Positions 46,180 to 55,404 of a stretch of 64,000 nt of DNA are shown here, piece by piece. Made by a program: the position numbers and the translations under genes. The DNA comes from SAR324 cluster bacterium. Lineage in GTDB: Bacteria > SAR324 > NAC60-12. A model generated the notes under the pieces. The model did no database searches. It was not told where the DNA came from and saw nothing but the letters and a program-made list of their open reading frames with translations. Position 1 is the first letter of the stretch, and every line of letters starts with the position of its first letter. The DNA lies in contig JACNJW010000040.1 in NCBI GenBank assembly GCA_014382365.1, forward strand, positions 15,589 to 79,588, read 5' to 3'.

Positions 46180-47722
46180 GATGAAAACGAGTTAATTTTT
46201 CTTTTGTTAAAATTTCCCGGTCATCAAATGTTGCCTTTAGCTTTGCTGAGCCTACTTTCAGTTCTTTATATTCTTCTGTGCCTTCTTCAAGCTTATTTTC
46301 AGGATCATAATTGTCCATAAATTTCATGTATTGTGCAGCAGACTGTAATTCATTAAGATATATTTTAATCTGAAATAATAACAAGCATACATGAATCATC
46401 TCAGGTCCCTTTAATCTTTCAAAAATAGGTTCCAGTTTCTCAACCACCTTTTTCAGGTTTGCTTCTGCTGCCTCTCTGTCCTTGTTTTCCATCAAGAGTT
46501 CCGCCTGTGTCATCAACATCGATGCTTCTTTACGAAGTGCCATACCCTTTTGCTGATCATCTGAAACAATACTGGACATCTGTTCAAAAGTTGCAATTGC
46601 CAGATCATAAGCCAGGATTCCCTGCTTGGTGTTTCGTTCTTCAGAATAGAATTCTTCGCCTGCCGCCTGAGATTTTTTGAGCAGAGGTGCAATTTTTTCT
46701 TCCCAACCTGTTGAAAACTTGGTTACATCAAAAACTGCTTTATCTGTTTTCAAACGTTTAAAATGTTCTTTATGGTTACTGGAGAAGCCGCATTTTGCAC
46801 AAGAGGCAACTTGAATGAGATTATAATCACAAAAATCCAATTTTCCTGCCGATCTGATATATGCAGGAATTCCAAAAATATTTGGTTCAGTAATCATACT
46901 TTTTGAATGCAGTTCAAAAAAAGCAACTTCGGGATTATCACAGACATAACAACGTAAGTTACTACCCAAAAGTGAGTTCTTCTTGGTTTTGATAAACCCT
47001 CCATCAGAAAATTTAGCAAATTTTTCTGGATGCATTATCTGCATTATCCCATGTTCTTCTGCTATTTTTTGTACAAAAACTGCTCGCACCAGATAGCAAC
47101 TTTCTTCAAATTTCAACTGACGTTGTTTAAACATTTTACAGGAGATAACATCCCAGTATTTTTCTTCTTCTTCGCTACCTTGATTTTCCGGAATTTCTTT
47201 ACGTACCTTGAGCATGATACTAACTTTTGGCATCAGTGCTTTTCCCAGCCGAAATGTGAAACCGTCTCCATCTACTTTAGTTAATCTGACTTTTGCAGTT
47301 ATTTTTCCTGTTTCTATTATTCCTAGTGGCAAATCCCTATCCAGCATTGCACGGGCACTCTTCCAGAGCTTTGTCAATATTTCGTTATTAAAACCTAAAT
47401 AGCGTCCGGCTAAGAGAAAATAAGCAATTTCTTTTGAATGCAGATGAGAATCTGCAACCATTAACTGTGCCAGAAATTTCAGCATCAGAAACGCCTGCTT
47501 GGGTTCGATTTCCAGAAGGCTCATCTCGGGTGATTTACCCTCCTTGATAATATCCATAATTGCCTGTATATCATCTTTATTTTCTAAAAAATTAATTGCC
47601 TCCCGCAAAAAGTTCATTTCCTGCTGGTCTGCACGTCCATCGGCAACAACCATTCCTGCAATTGATTTGGCAAACCAAATCTTTTCTGCCGCTGACATCG
47701 CTTCTACATCTGGTAACTGCAT
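46166..47722 (-). CDS. Hypothetical protein, 518 aa. It has an N-terminal TerB-like domain (...SIAGMVVADGRADQQEMNFLREAINFLE...KFLAQLMVADSHLHSKEIAYF...). A central Cys-pair zinc-ribbon-like segment follows (CYVCDNPE...CAKCGFSS), then a C-terminal helical region.
   Basis: ORF 46166..47722 (-). The TerB-like repeat (ADG..D..E...L) and the two CxxC motifs were seen in the translation. Confidence 0.55.
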   Translation of the reverse strand: MQLPDVEAMSAAEKIWFAKSIAGMVVADGRADQQEMNFLREAINFLENKDDIQAIMDIIKEGKSPEMSLLEIEPKQAFLMLKFLAQLMVADSHLHSKEIAYFLLAGRYLGFNNEILTKLWKSARAMLDRDLPLGIIETGKITAKVRLTKVDGDGFTFRLGKALMPKVSIMLKVRKEIPENQGSEEEEKYWDVISCKMFKQRQLKFEESCYLVRAVFVQKIAEEHGIMQIMHPEKFAKFSDGGFIKTKKNSLLGSNLRCYVCDNPEVAFFELHSKSMITEPNIFGIPAYIRSAGKLDFCDYNLIQVASCAKCGFSSNHKEHFKRLKTDKAVFDVTKFSTGWEEKIAPLLKKSQAAGEEFYSEERNTKQGILAYDLAIATFEQMSSIVSDDQQKGMALRKEASMLMTQAELLMENKDREAAEANLKKVVEKLEPIFERLKGPEMIHVCLLLFQIKIYLNELQSAAQYMKFMDNYDPENKLEEGTEEYKELKVGSAKLKATFDDREILTKEKLTRFHLDDE

Positions 47723-47754
47723 AATTTTTTACTAAATTAAGATGAATTAATTAA

Positions 47755-48411
47755 TTAGAAGCCGTAGCTTAAGCCCAACAAATAACCCGTAGATCCCAGT
47801 CGCTGATCTCCGGTGCCACTCCCGCTGGCACTGTCCATGGTTAAAATACCAGCATCAGACCAAAAGTCCTCAGACAATTCCATCCCGATCCGAAATTCAC
47901 TAACCAGAGAGTTGCCAAGTTTTCGCTGACTACCAAGACTGAAAACTGTTCTTGCCAATCCGAGTGCAGCACTTATCTTCCAGCCTTCTGTCAGCAAATG
48001 CTGTGTCTTTGCTAAAACACCCAGGTAAGTTGTACTTGATTCTGCCTGGTTCTCACTTGAAGCAAACATCTTAAAGCGTTGTTCAGCAAGCAAACCTTTT
48101 ATACCCCAGCGGTCACTAAACCACCATTCTCCCCAATAAACATGACTTCTCAGTTCTAGAGTGTTTCGGAAAGCACTGTAATGCGGATTGCTCAGAACAA
48201 AAAAGTCCATTCCAGCCTGCCAGACGGGCATCTTTCTACCAACACCGCCAAAAACAGTAGTCGGCTGAGCAACCTGATTTTCAGCAAGAGCAGGGGCAGA
48301 TTCTAGCGGAGTCTGACCTATTGTTTCAACAGCCTGAATGCTGCCAGCCAGAAAAATAATCCCGCCCGCAAATAAAAGTCTTAAACATATTTTAGTTACT
48401 GTAGAAATCAT
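47755..48411 (-). CDS. Small outer-membrane beta-barrel protein, 218 aa, with a signal peptide. It ends ...LGLSYGF.
   Basis: N-terminal MISTVTKICLRLLFAGGIIFLAGSIQA, the C-terminal Phe and the alternating pattern. Confidence 0.55.
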   Translation of the reverse strand: MISTVTKICLRLLFAGGIIFLAGSIQAVETIGQTPLESAPALAENQVAQPTTVFGGVGRKMPVWQAGMDFFVLSNPHYSAFRNTLELRSHVYWGEWWFSDRWGIKGLLAEQRFKMFASSENQAESSTTYLGVLAKTQHLLTEGWKISAALGLARTVFSLGSQRKLGNSLVSEFRIGMELSEDFWSDAGILTMDSASGSGTGDQRLGSTGYLLGLSYGF

Positions 48412-48425
48412 CTAAATCTTAATAT

Positions 48426-49217
48426 TTAAGCTTCAGGATTCCAAGCTGGTTTGCGTTTGCTGAAGAAGGCATCGATACCTTCTTTAATTGAATCCGACTC
48501 CCAGGCATTTGCCAGTTTTTCAATTGTTGCACTGCGTACATCATCCGGTTCTTTTCCTCTGACCTCTGCAATAAGACGCTTGGCAGCCGAAACTGCTTCC
48601 GGTGCACAGCACAGCAGTTCCTTGATTTCCTGCCCAATTGCTTCATCCAGTTTGTTAGCAGGAACTGTCTTGGCAATTAGATTTAACTGAACAGCTTCCT
48701 CTGCAGAAAAACGATGTGCGTTTAACATCACCCGCCTTGCATTCGGTGCCCCGATTCGACGCAGCACATAGGGGGAGATCGTCGCCGGCAGTAGACCCAA
48801 CAATACTTCAGTCAGTGAAAACAAGGCCTCTTCAACTGCAACTGCAATGTCGCAACAGGCAATCAGGCCCACTGCACCTCCAAAAGAGAGGCCGTTAATC
48901 CGTCCAATCAGCGGCACCTTGAGCTGGTCCAGTTCGCCAAGCATTTCGGATAACTCCGTTGCTTCCGCAATTCTGTCTTCACGTTTTTGCTCTCTAATTT
49001 CCTGCATCCAGCGCAGGTCTGCACCGGCACAGAAAGATTTCCCGCTGCCTGTCAGAATCACTCCTCTGACTACTGAATTTGCGTTTATTTCTGCCACCAC
49101 TTGACGCAGTTCACGAATCATTTCCAGACTTAATGCATTGTGTACATCCGGACGGTTCAGGGTCAGGGTAGCTATTTTACGCTCATTAATTTCTAAAATT
49201 ATGGTCTTAAAACTCAT
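48426..49217 (-). CDS. Enoyl-CoA hydratase/isomerase (crotonase family), 263 aa.
   Basis: Crotonase motifs ...GVILTGSGKSFCAGADLRWM... and the typical fold length. Confidence 0.85.
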   Translation of the reverse strand: MSFKTIILEINERKIATLTLNRPDVHNALSLEMIRELRQVVAEINANSVVRGVILTGSGKSFCAGADLRWMQEIREQKREDRIAEATELSEMLGELDQLKVPLIGRINGLSFGGAVGLIACCDIAVAVEEALFSLTEVLLGLLPATISPYVLRRIGAPNARRVMLNAHRFSAEEAVQLNLIAKTVPANKLDEAIGQEIKELLCCAPEAVSAAKRLIAEVRGKEPDDVRSATIEKLANAWESDSIKEGIDAFFSKRKPAWNPEA

Positions 49218-49379
49218 CTTAGCTTATCTTAAAATAGTTTAACTTGAAAAGTGCTATTATCCACTTTTCAGCAATAACGGCAAGTTTTTGCTTGCAACAG
49301 TTTTTCAGTAGGAATTAAATGAGGATTCGAGACATCTCCCTGCTCAGAAAGAACAGGGAAATGCTCGCAAAAGGTGATG

Positions 49380-50948
49380 CTATTCTAAAGTTGGTTCCGG
49401 TTTTGTCGGCTGAGAACCAAAATTGGTGTTGTAGTTTGAGATACTCTCCAAATTATTAGTGATACTTGCTCCGTACCCGCCAAAAGTGGTTGTGGAGTAA
49501 GAAGAATTATCAAAATTACAATCATTTGTGGGTGCAAAAGTAATATTGTCAGTAGCTGACTTCCAAACATTAGCTGTACTATCAAAGCTCAATTGCTGTC
49601 GTTGTACTTTTGAAACACCTGTACGGCTATTGTTTGGACCAGCCCAGTTGCAAATCATCCTGTCAATTTTAGTTGAACGATATTTATTCGTTCCGCTGCT
49701 GTTGTCAGGATGTGGATTGAAGCCGAAATAGGCATCTCCGCTCAAAGTTCCGGAAGTATTGTCCGTTTTGATATTAAACGTCCTGGTATATCCATCACCT
49801 TTACCTGCCTGCCAGGCATAGCCTATTTTACCAAAACCGCTGGAATCCAGATTTGCTCTTACAACATTTAAGTCAGCACACCAGCCCGCACTTGAATTAT
49901 CAGTAATTGAAGTTCCGCGAACTTCTCCGCCTGAACCGAAAAATTCACTGCTGGTCATGTTATCAGAAAAATTAGCTTTAACTGCCCTGATGCTGACATT
50001 ATCAGAGGTATTTTTGTAGGCTACTGACATTGCAGTATCAAGTGTAGAACCACCACAATTCCCATCAGTTCTGTTGAGACCTTCCTGCCACATTTGAATC
50101 AGGCCTTCTCCACCTGTTCCCAGCGTAGAGGATTCAGTATCCGGAACATGCTGAAATTTGATGGTGAAGTTTTGATTGTCTGTATTGTTACTGCTGTCGG
50201 TGTATGAAAAACTACCTACCAGTTTTGATAAGTATTTGATTTTTCCACTGGCAAGTGTACTGCGCTTAAGAGTAGCAGATGTGATTTCCATCCCACCGCG
50301 TTTTGCCGACATTTGTGTCTTGGCAACCGAGGCGGTTACATCTAGTGCGTCGCCGTCAACTGTCGGCCTGCTTAGACTGTCATTCTTGGCGGCACAAATC
50401 ATCATCGCTGTAATACCCACTGCCAGGTCAACTTTCCTGCCGATCTTATCCATCAACAGATTCATTTGTCCTACTGAACAAGCCTCCTGCGTTGAATTGT
50501 CATTGTAGGCAGACCATATTCCCAGATCACCCGTTGGGAGGGTACCATCTGATGAGTTATCAGCTGGATGATTTACATAAGCAAGTTGAGGTCCGTAACA
50601 ACTGACATATTTGCTGCTGTCACCTTTCATTTTCTTGGGAATTGCCTTATGGCACTGACTGATATCAGTTGTATTCAAAACTGCCTGCAGTCTGGCAACT
50701 TTATCTGCATGTTTTTTGGGATCGCTGTCGTCATTGATCTTGGCTGAAGTACGACCTGCAGTTCTGCTGCTGACACTTGAGCCTGATTCGGTATTTGAGG
50801 AAACTGACAGATTACTCGGCATGGCTGAGACCATACTTGAATCTGAGACTCCACTGCTACTACTGCTGCTACTGCTGTCATCTTTCTCGGAACAGGCTAC
50901 AAACAGCAGTACTGATGATATTAACACTAAATATTGGTAAGTTTTCAT
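49380..50948 (-). CDS. Lipoprotein, 522 aa, hypothetical. The lipobox is LLFVAC, followed by a poly-Ser run.
   Basis: N-terminal MKTYQYLVLISSVLLFVACSEKDDSSSSSSSSG. No catalytic motif was recognised. Confidence 0.6.
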   Translation of the reverse strand: MKTYQYLVLISSVLLFVACSEKDDSSSSSSSSGVSDSSMVSAMPSNLSVSSNTESGSSVSSRTAGRTSAKINDDSDPKKHADKVARLQAVLNTTDISQCHKAIPKKMKGDSSKYVSCYGPQLAYVNHPADNSSDGTLPTGDLGIWSAYNDNSTQEACSVGQMNLLMDKIGRKVDLAVGITAMMICAAKNDSLSRPTVDGDALDVTASVAKTQMSAKRGGMEITSATLKRSTLASGKIKYLSKLVGSFSYTDSSNNTDNQNFTIKFQHVPDTESSTLGTGGEGLIQMWQEGLNRTDGNCGGSTLDTAMSVAYKNTSDNVSIRAVKANFSDNMTSSEFFGSGGEVRGTSITDNSSAGWCADLNVVRANLDSSGFGKIGYAWQAGKGDGYTRTFNIKTDNTSGTLSGDAYFGFNPHPDNSSGTNKYRSTKIDRMICNWAGPNNSRTGVSKVQRQQLSFDSTANVWKSATDNITFAPTNDCNFDNSSYSTTTFGGYGASITNNLESISNYNTNFGSQPTKPEPTLE

Positions 50949-51300
50949 CTTTACCTATTTAGTTAAGATTAATAATTACGGCTGAATACTACTCATAACC
51001 AATATCAGCCGGACTTATGTTACACAATACCTCCTCAAAAACCGCGGTGAACCTGCACACTGCAGCAATTCTCCTCAATTTATCAAATAGTGCAGAAGAA
51101 TTAAAGATTGCTTTTACGCACAAATCCCACCATTTAAAGCAGATTATAATTGTTTTAACACAGAAATCAACTAAAAAATATTTTGCGGATGTCATGGTTT
51201 AAAACTGTGCTACTTCGAACCCAACGATAAATCTTTTTCAATCATTCATTTTTTCATATCTGTCAAGTTGTGTTAAACTTACAATGCAATTAAAAACAAC

Positions 51301-51879
51301 TTGATGCTACCCCTTTATAATCAAATGATTACTCAATATTCTGCCCAACATAAAACAAGACTTTTGCAGGTCGCAAGAAAAGCACTGCAGAATTATCTGG
51401 AAAATAAAACCCGAACCAAGTTTGTGGAAGAATCTGCTGAAATGCTCTGCAAACGTGCTGTGTTTGTAACTTTGAGAAAAAAGGACTCCGGTGAATTGCG
51501 CGGTTGTATAGGACAAACCGAGGCTCGCTGCTCGCTGATTGAGGCCGTCGCCAGAACAGCAGTTTCCAGTGCAGTTGATGACTCACGTTTTCCAGCGGTC
51601 ACGCTTCATGAATTGCCGAATCTCTTGATTGAAATAAATGTACTCACACCAATGTATGCCATAACTGCTGAAAATGTGGTGGTTGGAAAACACGGGTTAC
51701 TACTCATTAAAGGATGCTCTAGAGGATTATTTTTACCGGAAGTAGCAGTTTCACAAGGCTGGGATCGCCTTACACTGCTGGATGAACTGTGCCGTAAAGC
51801 AGAGTTACCAAAAGGCAGTTGGCGTGATGCTGATGCTGAACTTCTGGCCTTTGAATCTGAAGCATGGGAAGAAAAATGA
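51301..51879 (+). CDS. AMMECR1-domain protein, 192 aa.
   Basis: The conserved LRGCIG motif (SGELRGCIGQTEA). It overlaps pyrD by 16 nt. Confidence 0.8.
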   Translation: MMLPLYNQMITQYSAQHKTRLLQVARKALQNYLENKTRTKFVEESAEMLCKRAVFVTLRKKDSGELRGCIGQTEARCSLIEAVARTAVSSAVDDSRFPAVTLHELPNLLIEINVLTPMYAITAENVVVGKHGLLLIKGCSRGLFLPEVAVSQGWDRLTLLDELCRKAELPKGSWRDADAELLAFESEAWEEK

Positions 51880-53039
51880 GGTTGCCCATTGATTTTATTT
51901 TCCAACAACTGCGTCCATTTTTATTTGCAGTAGATCCTGAAAACGCCCATGAAAGAATGCTTTCTGCAGTTGAACTTGTTTCAAAGTTTCCCGGACTGCT
52001 TCAGTTCTTGTGCTGGCAGTTCCGTGAGGAATCTCCTCGGTTAACAACTGAACTCTTTGGATATACTTTGCAAAACCCAATTGGTCTGGCTGCAGGTTTT
52101 GACAAAGACGGTCGCATTCATCCTGCATTATTTGCACTTGGTTTTGGTTTTGTAGAAATCGGAACCGTTACCCCAAAGCCCCAAAGCGGAAATTCGCGTC
52201 CCAGACTTTTCCGGCTGGTTCAAGATCTGGCACTGATAAACCGCATGGGGTTCAATAATCAGGGTGCCTGGAAAATGGCGGAAAGACTTGTCTCCAGGAC
52301 AGCAACTATCAGTGCTGATGAGGTGGAAATATTCAATCAATCCACAAACTATCCTGCAAATATAAACTCAGGACTGCTGGGCATTAATATTGGCAAGAAT
52401 AAGGACACAGATCTGGATAATGCTGAAGATGATTATGTCTCTGCACTGAGTACACTCCACCCCTTTGCAGATTATTTCACACTCAATATCAGCTCACCAA
52501 ACACAGATAATTTACGCAATTTACAGGAAAAAGAGGCTCTGCGCAGTCTTCTCGTTGCTGTCTGTGCACGGCGCGATACGCTGGAGCGGAATCATCTCCG
52601 GAAGACTCCGCTGATGGTTAAACTTGCTCCGGATCTTAGCCAAGAGGCTTTGGAAAACACCATTCAAGTCATTCAGGAATTTTCCATCCAGGGTGTGATT
52701 GCTACCAACACTACCGTTGAGCGTCCTCAACTTAATAGTAAAAATCATCACGAAACCGGAGGTCTGAGTGGTAAACCACTACAGAAACGAAGTACGGAAA
52801 TGATCCGGAGTTTGTTTCAGGAACTTGGTCCGGAAATACCGATCATTGGAGTTGGTGGGATTTTAAGCGGTGCTGATGCTTATGAAAAAATCAGAGCCGG
52901 TGCATCTGCAGTACAGATTTACACCGGATTAATTTATCAGGGTCCCGGAATGGTGCGTAAAGTAAAGCGTGAACTGTCGGAGTTGTTGAAAAAAGATGCT
53001 TTCGAATCTGTTGCCTCTGCAGTTGGTGTGGACTGTTAA
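51864..53039 (+). CDS. pyrD: Dihydroorotate dehydrogenase (quinone), class 2, 391 aa.
   Basis: An N-terminal membrane-association helix is present. The motif GFGFVEIGTVTPKPQSGNSRPRLFRL matches class-2 PyrD (GFGFVEVGTVTP.PQ.GN..PR.FRL). The C-terminus is a TIM barrel. Confidence 0.9.
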   Translation: MGRKMRLPIDFIFQQLRPFLFAVDPENAHERMLSAVELVSKFPGLLQFLCWQFREESPRLTTELFGYTLQNPIGLAAGFDKDGRIHPALFALGFGFVEIGTVTPKPQSGNSRPRLFRLVQDLALINRMGFNNQGAWKMAERLVSRTATISADEVEIFNQSTNYPANINSGLLGINIGKNKDTDLDNAEDDYVSALSTLHPFADYFTLNISSPNTDNLRNLQEKEALRSLLVAVCARRDTLERNHLRKTPLMVKLAPDLSQEALENTIQVIQEFSIQGVIATNTTVERPQLNSKNHHETGGLSGKPLQKRSTEMIRSLFQELGPEIPIIGVGGILSGADAYEKIRAGASAVQIYTGLIYQGPGMVRKVKRELSELLKKDAFESVASAVGVDC

Positions 53040-53047
53040 TACTTTTT

Positions 53048-54436
53048 TTAGCTCTTGTTTCGAATTACTGCCAACATTTCTGTAACCGAAGTTACTTTTC
53101 GCCGGGGTCGCCCCTCTGCCTGACCTGCTTCAATCTCGTGAGTATCCAGCAGTTTCCAGTCTGAAAACGAAATAAAATCCACTTTACGTTTTTCCAGCAA
53201 AGCAGTGATATCCTGAGATTTCACATCTTGGCCAGCCTCCATTTTTTCTACCATGAAAGTTTCCAGCATTCGATGCACCGTTTCAACTGCATCCTGTTTA
53301 TTGGTACCGATTACACCACTGGGACCTCGCTTTATCCAACCGGCAACATATTCACGCATTCTTAAAGTATTTCCATTTTCAGGATCTTTGACTTGCCCGC
53401 ATTCATTTGGAATTGTGCCTGATTTTTTATCAAAAGGCAGATCCGGTAGCGGTTTCCCAAGATAACCGATTGAACGGAAAATCAAACCAGCCTCTTCTAC
53501 AATTTTATTCTCAGTTGCCTGTGGACGCAAACTGCCATCAGCCTGCTTCACCAATTGATTACGGATCAGACTTATCTTTTCAACTCTGCCTTTTCCGGAT
53601 ATTTCAACAGGTGATGCCAGAAAAAGAAAATGAACATGTTTCTTTTTATTAGTGGATGTATCTCTTTCAGAAATCTGTTTGAGAATTTCGATGTTTTTCT
53701 TTGTGTCTTTGCTGGCTTCAGTTTCCAGTAAATGCTGACTTTCCGGATCCAGTTCCAGCAATCCTCCTTCGAGAACTACATCAGACTCCTGCAGCTCCAG
53801 AAATTCTCTGGCTTCAGACGGTGTAAAAGCTGCCTGCAGCGGCCCCCTGCGGCCTACCAGCCAGATATTTTCCAGTTGACTCTCTGCTAGAGCCTTGAGA
53901 GCATAATCCGCAATATCCGTTTCTGCGAGTTCATCCGGAGTTTTTGCCAAAATCCTTGCTACATCAAGTGCCACATTACCCATGCCAATTACAAAAGCCT
54001 GCTTTGCTGACAAATCAAACTTGAGTTCAGCAAAATCAGGATGTCCGTTATACCAGGCAACAAACTCTGTTGCAGAGTGGCTTCCGGATAATTCCTCACC
54101 CGGAATTCCTAAAGCACGATCTGCAGGACTACCGACTGCATAAATCACTGCATCATAGCGTTCCATTAAATCAGACTGTTGTATGTCCCTGCCAAATTCT
54201 ACATTGCCAAAAAATCTGAAATTCTCATTTTCTGCAATTCGTGTATAGATTTTAGTGACAGATTTTATTTTCTGATGATCCGGTGCTACTCCTCCGCGGA
54301 CAAGTCCAAACGGTGTCGGCAAGCACTCAAACATATCAACTTTGATCGACCATGATTCTTGTCTAAACAACTCTCCAGCAGCATAAAATCCTGCAGGACC
54401 TGAACCGATAATTGCAATATTCCAGTATTTTTCCAT
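53048..54436 (-). CDS. FAD/NAD(P)-binding oxidoreductase, adrenodoxin-reductase/FprA-like NADPH:ferredoxin reductase, about 462 aa from MEKYWNIAIIGSGPAGFY.
   Basis: A Rossmann GxGxxG at the N-terminus and a second NADP-binding motif (VIGMGNVALDVARIL). The start is trimmed from the ORF-track 54502 to the internal Met (54434-54436), which lies 11 nt downstream of the hemC stop. Confidence 0.75.
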   Translation of the reverse strand: MEKYWNIAIIGSGPAGFYAAGELFRQESWSIKVDMFECLPTPFGLVRGGVAPDHQKIKSVTKIYTRIAENENFRFFGNVEFGRDIQQSDLMERYDAVIYAVGSPADRALGIPGEELSGSHSATEFVAWYNGHPDFAELKFDLSAKQAFVIGMGNVALDVARILAKTPDELAETDIADYALKALAESQLENIWLVGRRGPLQAAFTPSEAREFLELQESDVVLEGGLLELDPESQHLLETEASKDTKKNIEILKQISERDTSTNKKKHVHFLFLASPVEISGKGRVEKISLIRNQLVKQADGSLRPQATENKIVEEAGLIFRSIGYLGKPLPDLPFDKKSGTIPNECGQVKDPENGNTLRMREYVAGWIKRGPSGVIGTNKQDAVETVHRMLETFMVEKMEAGQDVKSQDITALLEKRKVDFISFSDWKLLDTHEIEAGQAEGRPRRKVTSVTEMLAVIRNKS

Positions 54437-54447
54437 GACAATGTTGA

Positions 54448-55401
54448 TTAAATGTTTTTTAATTTTCGCAACAGATCCTCTGCACCATTGTCCAGTAACC
54501 ACTCTGCGACATCCTGACCAAGTTTGTTTGCATTTTTACGGGATGCACGTGCTTCATAAGCTAACATTAAACCAATTCCACTGTCACAAATTGCGGCTCT
54601 CAAAAACAATTCTTCTCCGTCTAAAATACAATATCCGGCTAAAGGCAGTTGACAGTTCCCCTCCAGCACTGCCAACAAAGTCCTCTCTGCCTGTAAACAA
54701 TCCCATGTAAGTGGATGATTAAGATGTTCAATCCGGCTCAGTGTCGCCTGATCTCCTATCCGTGTTTCAATCCCAATTGCACCCTGACCAATTGCCGGAA
54801 GCATCAATTTCAGCGGCAATATTTCAGTAATTCGTGCTTCAAGTTTGAGTCGCTTCAATCCTGCAACTGCTAAAATTGCTGCATCTACCTCACCTTCATC
54901 CAGTTTCCTGAGCCGTGTTTGTACATTTCCACGCAAACTCTTAATCTTCAAATCCGGACGATGATGATTCAGTTGAGATGCCCTGCGTAAAGAACTTGTA
55001 CCGACAACTGCACCATTTGGGAAATTATTCAGAGTACCATATTTTTGACAAATCCAGGCGTCTCCTGCTTCTTCTCGCTCAGTAATCACTGATATTTCCA
55101 AGCCCTCAGGAAATTCACTTGTCACATCTTTCATACTGTGAACAGCCATATCTGCACGACCGTCAAGCAGTGCGCTTTCCAATTCCTTGATGAATAAACC
55201 CTTACCGCCGACTTCAGACAGTGGGCGATCCTGTATTCTATCTCCGGTTGTCTTAAGGATTAACAATTCAACAGAGGTTTCAGGATATTCATCCAGAATC
55301 CTTTGCTGCACCCATTCTGCCTGCCAGAGAGCAAGTAGACTACCGCGGGTTGCAATTACTAAACTGGATTTACTCCCGCTTGTCGAAAAAGCGTTGGACA
55401 T
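54448..55401 (-). CDS. hemC: Hydroxymethylbilane synthase (porphobilinogen deaminase), 317 aa.
   Basis: N-terminal ...LVIATRGSLLALWQAEWV... and ...GGKGLFIKELE..ADMAVHSMKDV match HemC. Confidence 0.9.
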   Translation of the reverse strand: MSNAFSTSGSKSSLVIATRGSLLALWQAEWVQQRILDEYPETSVELLILKTTGDRIQDRPLSEVGGKGLFIKELESALLDGRADMAVHSMKDVTSEFPEGLEISVITEREEAGDAWICQKYGTLNNFPNGAVVGTSSLRRASQLNHHRPDLKIKSLRGNVQTRLRKLDEGEVDAAILAVAGLKRLKLEARITEILPLKLMLPAIGQGAIGIETRIGDQATLSRIEHLNHPLTWDCLQAERTLLAVLEGNCQLPLAGYCILDGEELFLRAAICDSGIGLMLAYEARASRKNANKLGQDVAEWLLDNGAEDLLRKLKNI

Positions 55402-55404
55402 ATG

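Noticed and set aside
49330-49379. An imperfect hairpin (CCCTGCTC-AGAAA-GAACAGGG) just downstream of the lipoprotein gene stop, as a possible terminator.
   Set aside because: The stem has a mismatch and is not followed by a T-rich tract on the transcribed strand. Confidence is too low to list it as a feature.
51190-51230. A TTCGAACC-containing stretch that could be the T-loop of a minus-strand tRNA in the 50949-51300 intergenic region.
   Set aside because: The flanking bases do not form the required 5-bp T-stem, and no acceptor or anticodon arms could be built. It is probably chance. No tRNA genes were identified anywhere in the window by eye, though a tRNAscan run would be definitive.
54437-54502. 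Extended N-terminus (MVTGQWCRGSVAKIKKHLINIV) for the FprA-like gene, overlapping the hemC 3' end.
   Set aside because: The Rossmann GxGxxG motif begins right after the internal Met (MEKYWNIAIIGSGPAG). The extension overlaps hemC and looks non-native.
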